DNA from: an uncultured Fibrobacterales bacterium
GTDB lineage: Bacteria > Fibrobacterota > Fibrobacteria > Fibrobacterales > CAWVXU01
Assembly: GCA_963934255.1 (NCBI GenBank)
Contig: CAWVXU010000010.1
Coordinates: 1-47,924, forward strand
Direction: 5' to 3'
Length of the DNA: 47,924 bases
A program made the position numbers and the translations under genes. The notes beneath the pieces are model-generated. The model worked only from the letters and a program-made list of their open reading frames with translations. It searched no databases and had not been told where the DNA came from. Of the stretch, positions 36,801-46,900 are shown one piece after another. Within the stretch, counting starts at the first letter, position 1. Each line of letters opens with the position of its first letter.

Positions 36801-39521
36801 ATGAGCGCTATTCTAGATCTCAGTGGTAACTGGCAAATGATTTTCGACACCAGCAACGATGGCATAGACCAACGCTGGTACGCCAACCCTCCCGAAGACA
36901 CTCAAACTGTCAGCATCCCTCACACATGGGAAGAAGACTTCGGCAAATACCCTGGCTCAATTGCCTTTTATTTTAAAGAATTTTATCTTGATGATACAGT
37001 CAATGCTAAGCGTGCTCTGATTCGTCTAAAACGAAGCTTCTTTCACACCCAGGTTTGGATTAACGGCAAGCATGTTGCAGATGAAATGGGTGGACATCAC
37101 TCATTTGATGTCAATGTTTCTAAAGCAGTTAAACCAGGTGAAGTCAATCACATTTGTCTTCGAGTTGCCTCTGAAGCCGCAAGCCGCATCAACTCAACTC
37201 ATGTAACTGAACTTCCTGTCGGGTTGCCATTTTACGCAAAGTCATTTGGTGGTCTTTGGGGTGACGTTCAATTCATCAGTGGTGGCAAAGCATCTATACT
37301 TTCTTGTAACGTGATTCCAGATCAAGATTCTCCTAAGTTTACAGTTGAACTTTCAATGTGTAACCCAAGAAATTTTAATGCAAAATTTATGTTCATTCTG
37401 ACCGGTCCCGAAGGTGGTCAAACGACTTTCGAAAAAGAAGTCAAGCTTGAAAAAGAAGATGCATCTTACAACCTCAGCTTTTCAACCAAAGAAATTAAAC
37501 TTTGGTCCCCTGAAGACCCAAATCTATACAAGTTAGAAGCTTATTTAGATAAGTCTTATGGCGTAACTAAAACATTTGGTTTCCGTAAATTTGATATTTT
37601 GCGTTCAGAGTATTATCTCAATGATAAAACGTTCCGTCTTCAAGGTATTGTTTACAATTTAAGTCATCCACAGACCGGTAGCTTTGAACACAACCCTAAG
37701 GTTATCCGCAAAGATCTTGAACATTTAAAAGCCGCGGGCTTTAATGTTCTTCGTTCAGGTGGTGCTCCGCTTGACGACGCTGCTCTTGACATTTGTGATG
37801 AAATTGGGCTCATGGTCTTCCAAGAGATGCCAATGCACAATATGAAATCCTCTAAAGACGGCCTTGAGCTAGCAAAGAAGATTGTTGAATCTATTATCAA
37901 AAACCAAAAAACTCACCCATCAATTGTTGCATGGGTTTTAGGTTCAGAAAATGGAACATTGATGTTGGAAAATGGAACCAAGCTGTTGAAATATACCGAT
38001 GAATTCGATTCAACACGTCCAGTACTTTCAAACATGAACTCTATCTACATTGATAATGAAGGAACCTTCAAATCAGACACTGGTAAAGTCATGGGTGTGA
38101 CTAATGACAAAATTATGCCGTTCAATTCACATCGTATCAACCCATCAATGAATTTATCTAGCGAACTTTCAAATTTCTTTGCCAATTATTTCATGGAAGG
38201 TTCAACTTCTGCTGAAGTTGACGACGTAACTTTAGGTGGACCTGAATTCGCAAAAGGCTATGACTCTCTTAACACTCAGAATACAAGTGGTAGAGTCCTT
38301 GTCAATGTCAGTTGTCACTCAATGATTCCTGACTTTAAAGAAATCCTTAAAGGTTATGGCAAGCACAAGTCTGAATCAAATGGTAAAAAACTCAACCAAA
38401 TGAATAAAGACTTTCATGGTTTTTTAGAGAACGAGCTTCCACAACACATATGGTCCTCAACTGAAGAGTTTACTGAAGCTGCAAATCAAGTTGCACTTAA
38501 AGCAACATTTGACAAAGTGAATGCATTCTTATCAAGTACACATGTCAATGGATACTTCCTTGATTGTTGGGCAGACGCCAATGTTCTTTTCAATGGTATA
38601 GTTGATGAGTTCCGCAACTCTAAAGGCGCCGAATCTCTCATCAATTTAATGAACAAACCAACTAGAATCTTAATCAGTGGCCTAGATCGCGCACCTGAAG
38701 TAGGGACAAACCTTCAATTCAACACACGCATACTTAACGGTGGCCGCATTGGTGAATTCACTATTGACGCAAAGATTCTTGATGCAAGTGGAAAAGCTGC
38801 TTCTAAAGCAAAGATTTCAGACAATGCCAAAGGCAGTGTTCATCCGGTTGAAGACTTTTCAATTAATGCTCCTAAAAAAGAAGGATTCTATACTCTAGAA
38901 TTCAAGCTAATGAAGGGCAAAGAAAACATTTACACTCATAGTGAACGTATCTATGCATGTGAAGCAATCAAAGCTGAAGATCTAGAAAAGAAATTTATCA
39001 ATCTTGATCGTCACCTCGATGACATAGCCGGGGCTAAAATTTTACTTAGCTCACACCTAGATCATTGGGATGAAGGTGTGTTTGCTGATTTAAGCACTGC
39101 AGTTCAAAAGGGTGCTACAGTCATTTTATCACATCTCAAACCTCATGATTTAGAAATGTTACAAGCGCATAATCTACTTCCTAAGAAATTGAAAGTTGAA
39201 AATGCAACCGGCGCCAAAACATCATGTTTCCACTATTACCTACCTACTGACTACTTTAAACAATTTAAAGACCAGTATTTAGCGGATTCTGTATTTGCCG
39301 ATGTAGCTCCTGATTATAGTTTCTCAGGCCACGACTTAGAAAACATCGTAGCAGGGTCTGTTGGATTCCAAGAAAATGGTGAGCTTCAAGTACTCGAAGA
39401 TATTGCAGAATTCAAAATAGGCAAAGGTAAAGTTGTTATTCACCAATATCATCTTGGTAAATACCGTAGTAATGCACTTGCTAGGGTTCTACTCCAGAAC
39501 ACTTTAAACCAAGTAAAATAA
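36801..39521 (+). CDS. Glycoside hydrolase family 2-like protein, cytoplasmic, catalytic motifs altered
   Basis: DLSGNW, VWING, LWSPEDPNLY, FGFR, GFNVLR, CDEIGLMVFQE, HPSIVAWVLGSE, D.TRPV; no signal peptide. Confidence 0.88.
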   Translation: MSAILDLSGNWQMIFDTSNDGIDQRWYANPPEDTQTVSIPHTWEEDFGKYPGSIAFYFKEFYLDDTVNAKRALIRLKRSFFHTQVWINGKHVADEMGGHHSFDVNVSKAVKPGEVNHICLRVASEAASRINSTHVTELPVGLPFYAKSFGGLWGDVQFISGGKASILSCNVIPDQDSPKFTVELSMCNPRNFNAKFMFILTGPEGGQTTFEKEVKLEKEDASYNLSFSTKEIKLWSPEDPNLYKLEAYLDKSYGVTKTFGFRKFDILRSEYYLNDKTFRLQGIVYNLSHPQTGSFEHNPKVIRKDLEHLKAAGFNVLRSGGAPLDDAALDICDEIGLMVFQEMPMHNMKSSKDGLELAKKIVESIIKNQKTHPSIVAWVLGSENGTLMLENGTKLLKYTDEFDSTRPVLSNMNSIYIDNEGTFKSDTGKVMGVTNDKIMPFNSHRINPSMNLSSELSNFFANYFMEGSTSAEVDDVTLGGPEFAKGYDSLNTQNTSGRVLVNVSCHSMIPDFKEILKGYGKHKSESNGKKLNQMNKDFHGFLENELPQHIWSSTEEFTEAANQVALKATFDKVNAFLSSTHVNGYFLDCWADANVLFNGIVDEFRNSKGAESLINLMNKPTRILISGLDRAPEVGTNLQFNTRILNGGRIGEFTIDAKILDASGKAASKAKISDNAKGSVHPVEDFSINAPKKEGFYTLEFKLMKGKENIYTHSERIYACEAIKAEDLEKKFINLDRHLDDIAGAKILLSSHLDHWDEGVFADLSTAVQKGATVILSHLKPHDLEMLQAHNLLPKKLKVENATGAKTSCFHYYLPTDYFKQFKDQYLADSVFADVAPDYSFSGHDLENIVAGSVGFQENGELQVLEDIAEFKIGKGKVVIHQYHLGKYRSNALARVLLQNTLNQVK

Positions 39522-39575
39522 TTACAGTAACTGAAAACATCAGTCTCAAATACTTTTACTTCTGCGAATAAAACT

Positions 39576-39608
39576 AAAGCTACCTCAAATCTTGGGGTAG
39601 CTTTTTTT
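39576..39608 (+). terminator. Intrinsic terminator after GH2 (possibly bidirectional)
   Basis: aaagctacctcaa-atc-ttggggtagcttt hairpin followed by T-run. Confidence 0.85.
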
Positions 39609-39659
39609 AGTATTCACATTAGCACCTATGATTTGATGAGTTTGTAAATAACATCAAAT

Positions 39660-40118
39660 TTAATACACTTTATTCTCCTTAGAATCTAGCATTATGGTCA
39701 CAGGTCCATCATTTAATAAATCAATTTTCATATCTGCACCAAAAACACCCGTCTTGACACTAACACTAGTTTGAGATTGCAATCTCTCAACAAAAGATAA
39801 GTAGTGTTTATTAGCCTCAAGTGGAGCCATAGCATCACCAAAAGAGGGTCTAGTACCCTTTTTACAATCGGCCATTAAAGTAAATTGACTGACTACAAGT
39901 AGCTCACCCTCAACGTCTGAAATACTTAGATTCATCTTATCATGAGCATCTGAGAAAAGTCGTAATCCGATTAATTTTTTAATGAGCCACTCTTGATCTT
40001 GAGATGAGTCTTCTTTTGCAATTCCTAAAAAGCACAATAAGCCGTGCTCAATAGATGAGACAATTACATTATTAACACTAACATTTGCTTTAGAAACTCT
40101 TTGAATTAAAAGTTTCAC
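39660..40118 (-). CDS. dtd: D-aminoacyl-tRNA deacylase
   Basis: QRV..A.V, SQFTL, G.RPSF, G.FGADM, NDGPVT. Confidence 0.97.
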   Translation of the reverse strand: MKLLIQRVSKANVSVNNVIVSSIEHGLLCFLGIAKEDSSQDQEWLIKKLIGLRLFSDAHDKMNLSISDVEGELLVVSQFTLMADCKKGTRPSFGDAMAPLEANKHYLSFVERLQSQTSVSVKTGVFGADMKIDLLNDGPVTIMLDSKENKVY

Positions 40119-41119
40119 TATTTTTTATTAATCTTTGAGGCCTTGGGGGTACCTGATTTTTTGTTGGTATCCATGCTCTTTAGCGAGTCTTTTTTATCCA
40201 CAGGTGTTTTACTATGTGGCTTGAGGGTTTTCAAACTATCCCGGTGTTTCATTTGAGAATCAATGATTGGAACATTTGAATTTGAACCGATATCCAGAAT
40301 TGAACCCCTCTTTGGTTCCAATGAATCAACAACAGTCACGCTTTGATTATTCAACTGAGTGAAATCTTTTGTAGCTATTGAGTCTTTCAATTCTGTAAGT
40401 ATTTTATCTGAGCTTATTTGGTTTATTTTCCTGTATGTCACGCTTCTTCCTTGATGCCATGAAACCTCATTATATGGCTTGACTTCAGCAAAAGACTCCA
40501 TCCACGAATTTATCGTTTTTATCCATTCAAGAACAAAGATGGCTTGCGAATGTCGATGAAGCATCCAATTATCTGGGTTATATTCTGGGTCTTCAATTTG
40601 GCTAAAAATAAATACTGGATTATTTTGAGACACTTGATTCAGTATTCTTTTGGCTCGAGATGAATGGTACGACGAGGTAATTACTACAACTGTATCAATC
40701 TTTTTTTGTCTAAAAAAAGGAATTACTTCTAAAGCTTCTTCTAAAGTAGATTCTCCATTTTGGAAAACTTGAAAAAGGCGCTTCTCAGGAATCCCCTCTT
40801 TAATAGCATGCTCCACATAGAGCCCTGAACGGTAAAGGCCGGGAATAACGAGTCCACCTGAGAAAACCAAGGAGTCAATCTTATGTTTTTTTAATAAATG
40901 AATAGCTGCTTCAGATCGATACATACCATGGTGTTGGCCTTCTAGTACAAGTCCCCAGGTATGATGTTTAAAACTATCTGATGACACTAGCATAAAGCCT
41001 GTCCCCCATAATAATAGAGGCGTAAGAATTATAAAGGGGGCAATAAACCAAAGCACTATTTTAAAAATAATCTTTGATGTTTTTCTTTTGGCCTTACGGC
41101 TATGGATATATCGATTCAT
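40118..41119 (-). CDS. YdcF/ElyC (DUF218) family protein with low-complexity C-terminal tail
   Basis: N-terminal TM, FSGG, STLEEA, ITSSYHSSRA. Confidence 0.8.
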   Translation of the reverse strand: MNRYIHSRKAKRKTSKIIFKIVLWFIAPFIILTPLLLWGTGFMLVSSDSFKHHTWGLVLEGQHHGMYRSEAAIHLLKKHKIDSLVFSGGLVIPGLYRSGLYVEHAIKEGIPEKRLFQVFQNGESTLEEALEVIPFFRQKKIDTVVVITSSYHSSRAKRILNQVSQNNPVFIFSQIEDPEYNPDNWMLHRHSQAIFVLEWIKTINSWMESFAEVKPYNEVSWHQGRSVTYRKINQISSDKILTELKDSIATKDFTQLNNQSVTVVDSLEPKRGSILDIGSNSNVPIIDSQMKHRDSLKTLKPHSKTPVDKKDSLKSMDTNKKSGTPKASKINKK

Positions 41120-41141
41120 ACAAAGAAAGTTAGTAACTTAT

Positions 41142-42848
41142 CTAAAGGTATTTAATCATACTAAAAGTTTTAACACCATTATCATAGAAGGTTTCATCCA
41201 TATAGGTTTTAATCAGTAAAATACCATAGCCCGTCTCTGACGAGTTTGCGGGACGCTCAAGCTCATCAATATTAAAACCTGAGCCCTTGTCCGTGATAGA
41301 TACTCGAACCTCATTTTCTAAGAATTGGTATGCGATAATAACCGATTTAGTAAAGTCTTCTTGGTGACCATGAATAATGGCATTAATTACTGCTTCTTTT
41401 ATTGATTCTGCAATGCCGTCCCCAATACCATTTCCATACTTTGACCGCAGAATAGGCGCAAATTTAATCAAAAGCTCAGTCATTTCATCGTAGTTCTTTA
41501 ATTTGGTGCGTTGAATTGAATCAGCACTTTCGAACCGTAATAAATATTTAAGTCTTTCTATGCGAGGCTTTTTGTTTATTTCAAGAATTAAGAAGGTTTG
41601 GTCATCTTGAACAGTCCAATCTTTTTTCACCTTTTTAAAAAGTTCACTTTGAATAAGACCATAAATTTCATCAATATTTCTGTGACCATATTTCTCAATA
41701 GTTTCACGAATTTGTTTATACCCTAAATGATCACCTGATTTAGATTCCATCTCATAACAGCCATCAGTAAAGAAAAACAATCGATCACCCGGCTTCAAAT
41801 AAACCCGACTTTTTTCATAACGGCCATCATCAAAAGCCCCTAAGAATAATCCTTTAGAATCCAAAGACTCCATCCCCCCATCAACTTGAAGAACGATAGG
41901 GTGTGGATGAGAAGCTCTCGTATAAGTAAAACTATTGTCAAACAAATCTAATACACCATAAAAGGCTGTCAAATAATAGCCAGAAGAAATCACCTGGTTT
42001 AAATCACTATTCATCATTTCAAAGAGTAAATCTGGATGCGGTGTTTGCTTACTATGGACTGTTAGTGACATCTTTGCAAGAGCCCCTACAAAGGCAGCAG
42101 CTAAGCCATGTCCTGACACATCACCAATAAAGAATCCAAATTTTTGATTTCCAAGTGGGATGATATCGTAGAGATCTCCGCCCACATTGGAGTATGGTTT
42201 ATAAAAGCTCCAGAAGTTAAATGCTTGAAAACTAGGAAGGCTCAAAGGTAAAAGCCCTTGTTGAATATCACGGGCCATGTTAAATTCATGGTCTTTTTCT
42301 TCTAAATTTTCTTCTAATTTGGTGCGGATAGACTCTAACTGATTGTTAGAATCAAATAGTTCTTGGGTTCGGTTTTCCAGCTGATTTTTTTGGCGCTGCA
42401 ACACTTCTTGTATTCGATATAGACGAGTAACATTATGTCTTATTTCAAGTTCAGTTTGTGAGCCTTGGTAGTCAAGCATCTTATATTTCTCAACATCATA
42501 AATTAGCTGTCCTAAAGAACCCTCTGCTTTATACCGTTGAATTGTGTGATCATCAGCAACTTTAAGCTCATCTAGAACAGCAATCATGGGACCTTCGGCA
42601 TTTGCTCCTCGAGTAATATCTTCGGGTTTTTTACCAATAATATCATTAAATTCACGATCAAAAGAATCAGCATATGCTTGGTTAGCTCTTAAGATTTTAC
42701 CTTGAGGGTTCAATAATACGATGGGCTCTAAAGAATCTAGAATTGATTGAAGTTCATCTCGAATATCCCGGGCTTGTTTTTTGGAACGATTAAATAAGGC
42801 TATCAACACAATTGCACAAATAATGAGTAGTATATCCATTGGGTTCAT
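41142..42848 (-). CDS. PAS + SpoIIE/PP2C phosphatase + RsbW-like HATPase fusion
   Basis: PAS (N.AY...F), ARDIQQGLLP, VGGDLYD, GDVSGHG, FTDG, DDQT; C-terminal EAVINAIIHG, DKGSGF, GYGI. Confidence 0.92.
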   Translation of the reverse strand: MNPMDILLIICAIVLIALFNRSKKQARDIRDELQSILDSLEPIVLLNPQGKILRANQAYADSFDREFNDIIGKKPEDITRGANAEGPMIAVLDELKVADDHTIQRYKAEGSLGQLIYDVEKYKMLDYQGSQTELEIRHNVTRLYRIQEVLQRQKNQLENRTQELFDSNNQLESIRTKLEENLEEKDHEFNMARDIQQGLLPLSLPSFQAFNFWSFYKPYSNVGGDLYDIIPLGNQKFGFFIGDVSGHGLAAAFVGALAKMSLTVHSKQTPHPDLLFEMMNSDLNQVISSGYYLTAFYGVLDLFDNSFTYTRASHPHPIVLQVDGGMESLDSKGLFLGAFDDGRYEKSRVYLKPGDRLFFFTDGCYEMESKSGDHLGYKQIRETIEKYGHRNIDEIYGLIQSELFKKVKKDWTVQDDQTFLILEINKKPRIERLKYLLRFESADSIQRTKLKNYDEMTELLIKFAPILRSKYGNGIGDGIAESIKEAVINAIIHGHQEDFTKSVIIAYQFLENEVRVSITDKGSGFNIDELERPANSSETGYGILLIKTYMDETFYDNGVKTFSMIKYL

Positions 42849-43336
42849 AGTTCACATTTCCTTTCCATCATAAGTGCGTGACTACCATCCGGGTAATAAT
42901 TTTTACGAAGTCCAATTTCAATAAAGTCAAACTGATGATATAATACTATTGCAGCAATATTTGAACTTGATACCTCAAGAAATACGTTCGAAATTGAATT
43001 TAATCTTAAATGAGATAGCCAATAACTTAATACAAAGCGACCATAGCCTTTTCTTTGAACAACCGGACTGACTAATATTAGATATAGCTCAGCTTCATCA
43101 TTTTGTATTCTACCACAAATTGAGGCAATAATTCTAGCCTTTTCCTCGAAGATCCAAATTTCTGCACTTTTTTCAGAGATCTCAGATTGCCACTGTAATT
43201 CATTCCACGGATGAGACCGACTCAGGCCATCCAACTCGAACAATGCTAGACTATCCTGAAACTCGGCCCTTCTAATTGAAACATTGCCTATTTTTGAATC
43301 CATCTGATTTATTGATCCATCATCAGCATAGTTCAT
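42845..43336 (-). CDS. rimI: RimI-like GNAT N-acetyltransferase
   Basis: HPW, V.P..QRKGYG, FLEVSSSN..AI.LY, RKNYY; follows tsaB. Confidence 0.85.
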   Translation of the reverse strand: MNYADDGSINQMDSKIGNVSIRRAEFQDSLALFELDGLSRSHPWNELQWQSEISEKSAEIWIFEEKARIIASICGRIQNDEAELYLILVSPVVQRKGYGRFVLSYWLSHLRLNSISNVFLEVSSSNIAAIVLYHQFDFIEIGLRKNYYPDGSHALMMERKCEL

Positions 43337-43340
43337 CTCA

Positions 43341-43982
43341 TTACTTTGCTTTTAATTTTTGTTGTAGAACCACTTCAGCAGAAGGCGCCTGTATATAATT
43401 AGGCTTTACACCAGATTGAGCTGAACTTAAATAATTTGCACCAAACAACCTTGAAGGGTTCCATGGGTGTTTCATCCAGTGTGTATTTTCCCAACTCAAA
43501 ACTTTGGCAGTATCAGACGAGGGAGTGAATTCTGTTTGTAATTTATCGTCTAGGATGTAACAATCAACATCTGGAATATCATCTACGGACCCCATCCATT
43601 CACGAACCAATTTACCTTGATCATAATGACCTAAATACCACAAGCCTGGGCGCGCAAACTGGCTTACTAATTTTGAACAGTCATCTGCTGCTATCAGACT
43701 TAACATCTCTAACGTTGAGCAACTATAGAGTGATCTTGAGACAGCACATAATCCCTGAGCAAAAGCAATACCGGTTCTAAGTCCGGTAAAAGACCCCGGA
43801 CCCTGACCGACTAAAACTTCACTAATATCAGAAAGGCTTATGTTTTGAGACTTTAAAATTTCCGGAACCCACGCACCTAATTGTTCACCGCGGCCTTTTT
43901 GAAGACTTTCGGTATAGATCACTTCTTTATCCCAAAGTGCAATATGTAGATCACCAGTTGAAGTATCAATAATCAATTTCAT
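43341..43982 (-). CDS. tsaB: tRNA t6A biosynthesis protein TsaB
   Basis: IDTST, GPGSFTGLRTGIAFAQGL, P.Y. Confidence 0.93.
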   Translation of the reverse strand: MKLIIDTSTGDLHIALWDKEVIYTESLQKGRGEQLGAWVPEILKSQNISLSDISEVLVGQGPGSFTGLRTGIAFAQGLCAVSRSLYSCSTLEMLSLIAADDCSKLVSQFARPGLWYLGHYDQGKLVREWMGSVDDIPDVDCYILDDKLQTEFTPSSDTAKVLSWENTHWMKHPWNPSRLFGANYLSSAQSGVKPNYIQAPSAEVVLQQKLKAK

Positions 43983-43990
43983 TATAGTAT

Positions 43991-45016
43991 TTACTTTCTT
44001 TGAAGGCCGAGGTCAATAATCTCGTCAAGTAGTCTTGAGTAATCCCAACCAATGCACTGAGCCTGTTGTGGTAGTAGGGAGCTTGGAGTAAAGCCAGGTA
44101 AGGTATTAGTTTCAAGTGCAAAATGAATTCCATGGAGATCAGTGATGAAATCCGTGCGAGAATAACCACCTAATCCCAATATTTCATGAGCCTGCCGACT
44201 ATAGTTTTGAATTTCCTTAGTCCATTGCTCTGTAAATGGCGCTGGAGTCAACTCTTCACTATTACCTTGATACTTTGCTTCAAAGTCAAAAAAAGCATCC
44301 TTGTTTAAGGGACGGATCTCTGTAGGAGGCACAGCATCAGCGTTCTCAATAAAGCCACATGAAGACTCTCTACCGACGATACACTTTTCCACTAAAATTT
44401 TAGGGATTTTTATGCAAATATCTTCAAGGAAAACAATAGCATCTTCATGGTTTGCTGCTTTGGTAATATGATAAGAGCTTCCACCTGCAGGATCTTTAAG
44501 AATCATAGGGTATTCAAATAATTGTTCAACTTTTTTAAGCCCGGCAGCCCAATCACTAGAGTGAATAACTGACCAAGGTGCTGTAGGGATTTTATGAATC
44601 TGATAGATTTCCTTGGTCTTAACTTTATCCATAGCAAGAGCAGAACCCAAGAACCCAGAACCGGTATATGCGATTTTCATTAATTCTAAGTAGGCTTGAA
44701 TTTTACCATCTTCACCAAATCCACCATGTAACCCTAATAAAGCAATACGAGAAGAAGCTTCTCCAGGTAAATCATATTTACCTGGAAGTTCTTGATTGAT
44801 GACATCAGCATTTTTAAGGAAAGAAGAAAGTTCAAACTTTTTTCTATTCTCAAGATTTAAGCCCTGAGACTGCCAATTCCATAAACCATCTTTATCAATA
44901 AATATTGGGTAAACTTCAGCATACTTTTCTGAAAGTTTTTTGATCATGCCCGACCCTGAAACGATACTTACATCGTGTTCAAGACTAGGGCCACCCATTA
45001 AAACTAAAACATCCAT
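43991..45016 (-). CDS. ddl: D-alanine--D-alanine ligase
   Basis: GGPSLEHDVS, LHGGFGEDG.IQ, SALAMDK, FDFEAKY, SRTDF, ETNTLPGFT..SLLP. Confidence 0.96.
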   Translation of the reverse strand: MDVLVLMGGPSLEHDVSIVSGSGMIKKLSEKYAEVYPIFIDKDGLWNWQSQGLNLENRKKFELSSFLKNADVINQELPGKYDLPGEASSRIALLGLHGGFGEDGKIQAYLELMKIAYTGSGFLGSALAMDKVKTKEIYQIHKIPTAPWSVIHSSDWAAGLKKVEQLFEYPMILKDPAGGSSYHITKAANHEDAIVFLEDICIKIPKILVEKCIVGRESSCGFIENADAVPPTEIRPLNKDAFFDFEAKYQGNSEELTPAPFTEQWTKEIQNYSRQAHEILGLGGYSRTDFITDLHGIHFALETNTLPGFTPSSLLPQQAQCIGWDYSRLLDEIIDLGLQRK

Positions 45017-45030
45017 TTTAAACCTTTGGT

Positions 45031-46410
45031 TTATAAACGTTCAAATAACCAAGTCTTCACTTGATCAATTGGGATACGGACTTGTTCCATGGAATCACGT
45101 TCACGAATCGTCACAGCATTATCTTCTAATGTATCAAAATCAATAGTCACACAATACGGTGTTCCAATTTCATCTTGGCGACGATATCTTTTTCCTATAG
45201 CTTGTGTTTCATCATACTCAACAGACCAATGTTTCAAAAGGTCTTCATAAATAGCATTGGCAGGCCCCTTTAACTCATCTTTTTTAGACAAAGGTAAAAC
45301 TGCAACTTTAATTGGAGCTATAGATGGGTGAAAGTGCAATACAGTTCTAACTTCACCATTGTCAAGGGTTTCAATTTCATAGGCATCGGCTAGACAAGTT
45401 AACACAAGACGATCCACACCTAGAGCAGGCTCAACAACATATGGAAGGTATTTTTCATTGGCAACTTTATCATGGTAACGAAGATCTTTTTTAGAGTGGG
45501 TCATGTGCTGATTTAGATCATAATCTGTGCGACTAGCAATACCCCAAAGCTCGCCCCAACCAAATGGCATCTCATACTCAATATCAGTTGTAGCGTCAGA
45601 GTAGAAAGAAAGTTCTTTCGATTCATGATCCCTAAAGCGTAGTTTGTCAGGGTTAAGACCTAACTCGTAGAGCCAATCCATACAGAATTGTTTCCAAAAA
45701 TCAAACCATTCTTTTTGGCTACCAGGTTTACAGAAATATTCCATCTCCATTTGTTCGAATTCACGAGTACGGAAAATAAAGTTACCCGGTGTAATTTCAT
45801 TACGAAATGACTTGCCAATTTGGCCAATTCCAAATGGGACTTTTTGACGACAATTTTCTGAAATCGTTTTGAAGTTCAAGAAGATTCCTTGGGCAGTCTC
45901 AGGGCGAAGATAAACTTCAGAACCTGAGTCTTCAGTGACACCAATTTTGGTTTTAAACATTAAATTAAAAGCACGTGGTTCGGTGTAATCAAGAGCGCCA
46001 CATTTTGGACATTTAATATCAAGCTCAATGATTTTGGCAGCGATACCAGCAAAATCCATGGCCGCAACTTCAGCTTCGTCTAATTTTTCTTCAAGAAGAT
46101 GATCTCCACGAAAACGCTCATTACATTTTTTACAATCCATCAATGGATCTGAAAAAGAAGCTGTATGACCTGATGCTTCCCATACTTTTGGATTTAAAAG
46201 AATGGATGAGTCTAAACCCACAACATCTCTACGACTAGTAACAAACTTTTTCCACCAAAGATCTTTGATGTTTTTTTTGAGTTCAACACCATATGGAGCG
46301 TAATCCCAAGTGTTAGCAAGTCCATCATAAATCTCAGAACCAGGGAATATAAACCCACGGCGTTTACATAATGATACGATATCTTTTAATGCGTCTTGAA
46401 TCTTAGCCAT
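45031..46410 (-). CDS. glyQS: Glycine--tRNA ligase (homodimeric type)
   Basis: [56 protein letters not shown]. Confidence 0.98.
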   Translation of the reverse strand: MAKIQDALKDIVSLCKRRGFIFPGSEIYDGLANTWDYAPYGVELKKNIKDLWWKKFVTSRRDVVGLDSSILLNPKVWEASGHTASFSDPLMDCKKCNERFRGDHLLEEKLDEAEVAAMDFAGIAAKIIELDIKCPKCGALDYTEPRAFNLMFKTKIGVTEDSGSEVYLRPETAQGIFLNFKTISENCRQKVPFGIGQIGKSFRNEITPGNFIFRTREFEQMEMEYFCKPGSQKEWFDFWKQFCMDWLYELGLNPDKLRFRDHESKELSFYSDATTDIEYEMPFGWGELWGIASRTDYDLNQHMTHSKKDLRYHDKVANEKYLPYVVEPALGVDRLVLTCLADAYEIETLDNGEVRTVLHFHPSIAPIKVAVLPLSKKDELKGPANAIYEDLLKHWSVEYDETQAIGKRYRRQDEIGTPYCVTIDFDTLEDNAVTIRERDSMEQVRIPIDQVKTWLFERL

Positions 46411-46440
46411 TTTAATCTCTCTTTAAAAATTTCGGAATCT

Positions 46441-46644
46441 CTAAATCTCTAGAACTGAACCCATAGGTGAGCTTTCATCATGAAAGTCTTCCCAAAAACA
46501 AGCATATCCTTCGGCGTCTTGTGAATAGTCAACTACAAAGCTCTCAAAATAGGTTTTGATGGCATCACTTGAAGAGGAAGCCTCAACGATAGATTGACCA
46601 ACACCCTTGAGTTCTGAATTAAATGCAATGACAAATCTAGACAT
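46441..46644 (-). CDS. Small acidic hypothetical protein
   Basis: 67 aa, AAGGA SD, co-oriented directly upstream of glyQS. Confidence 0.65.
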   Translation of the reverse strand: MSRFVIAFNSELKGVGQSIVEASSSSDAIKTYFESFVVDYSQDAEGYACFWEDFHDESSPMGSVLEI

Positions 46645-46723
46645 AGTTTTCCTTTGGTGAGAAAGATAGAAAAAAGGGACAATAACAGATATTGAGTTTT
46701 AAATTCTATGTATCTTTAATCTT

Positions 46724-46900
46724 ATGGATAAAACAACAAAAGAGCAATGGTTTCAAGACATAGAAGCCAAACAGCATCAACTTGAACTTGACCCGATTAA
46801 TGCACCCTTGCTAAATCAAAGCGATTTGCATAAACTACTCCTTAAATCTTGGATTAAAACCAAAAGTCAACAAGAGATTAATTATGGATTCAAAGCTTAA
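46724..46900 (+). CDS. Small hypothetical protein (58 aa, MDKTTKEQWF...YGFKA), not in the ORF track
   Basis: Open from ATG 46724 to TAA 46898-46900; overlaps the next gene by 17 nt; -10-like TATCTT 7 nt upstream. Confidence 0.5.
   Translation: MDKTTKEQWFQDIEAKQHQLELDPINAPLLNQSDLHKLLLKSWIKTKSQQEINYGFKA

Noticed and set aside
7677..45146. Short nested or antisense ORFs in the track (e.g. 7677-7901, 15468-15764, 16334-16552, 19378-19620, 31455-31697, 32475-32726, 37664-37900)
   Set aside because: Lie within well-supported genes, with no motifs or initiation signals
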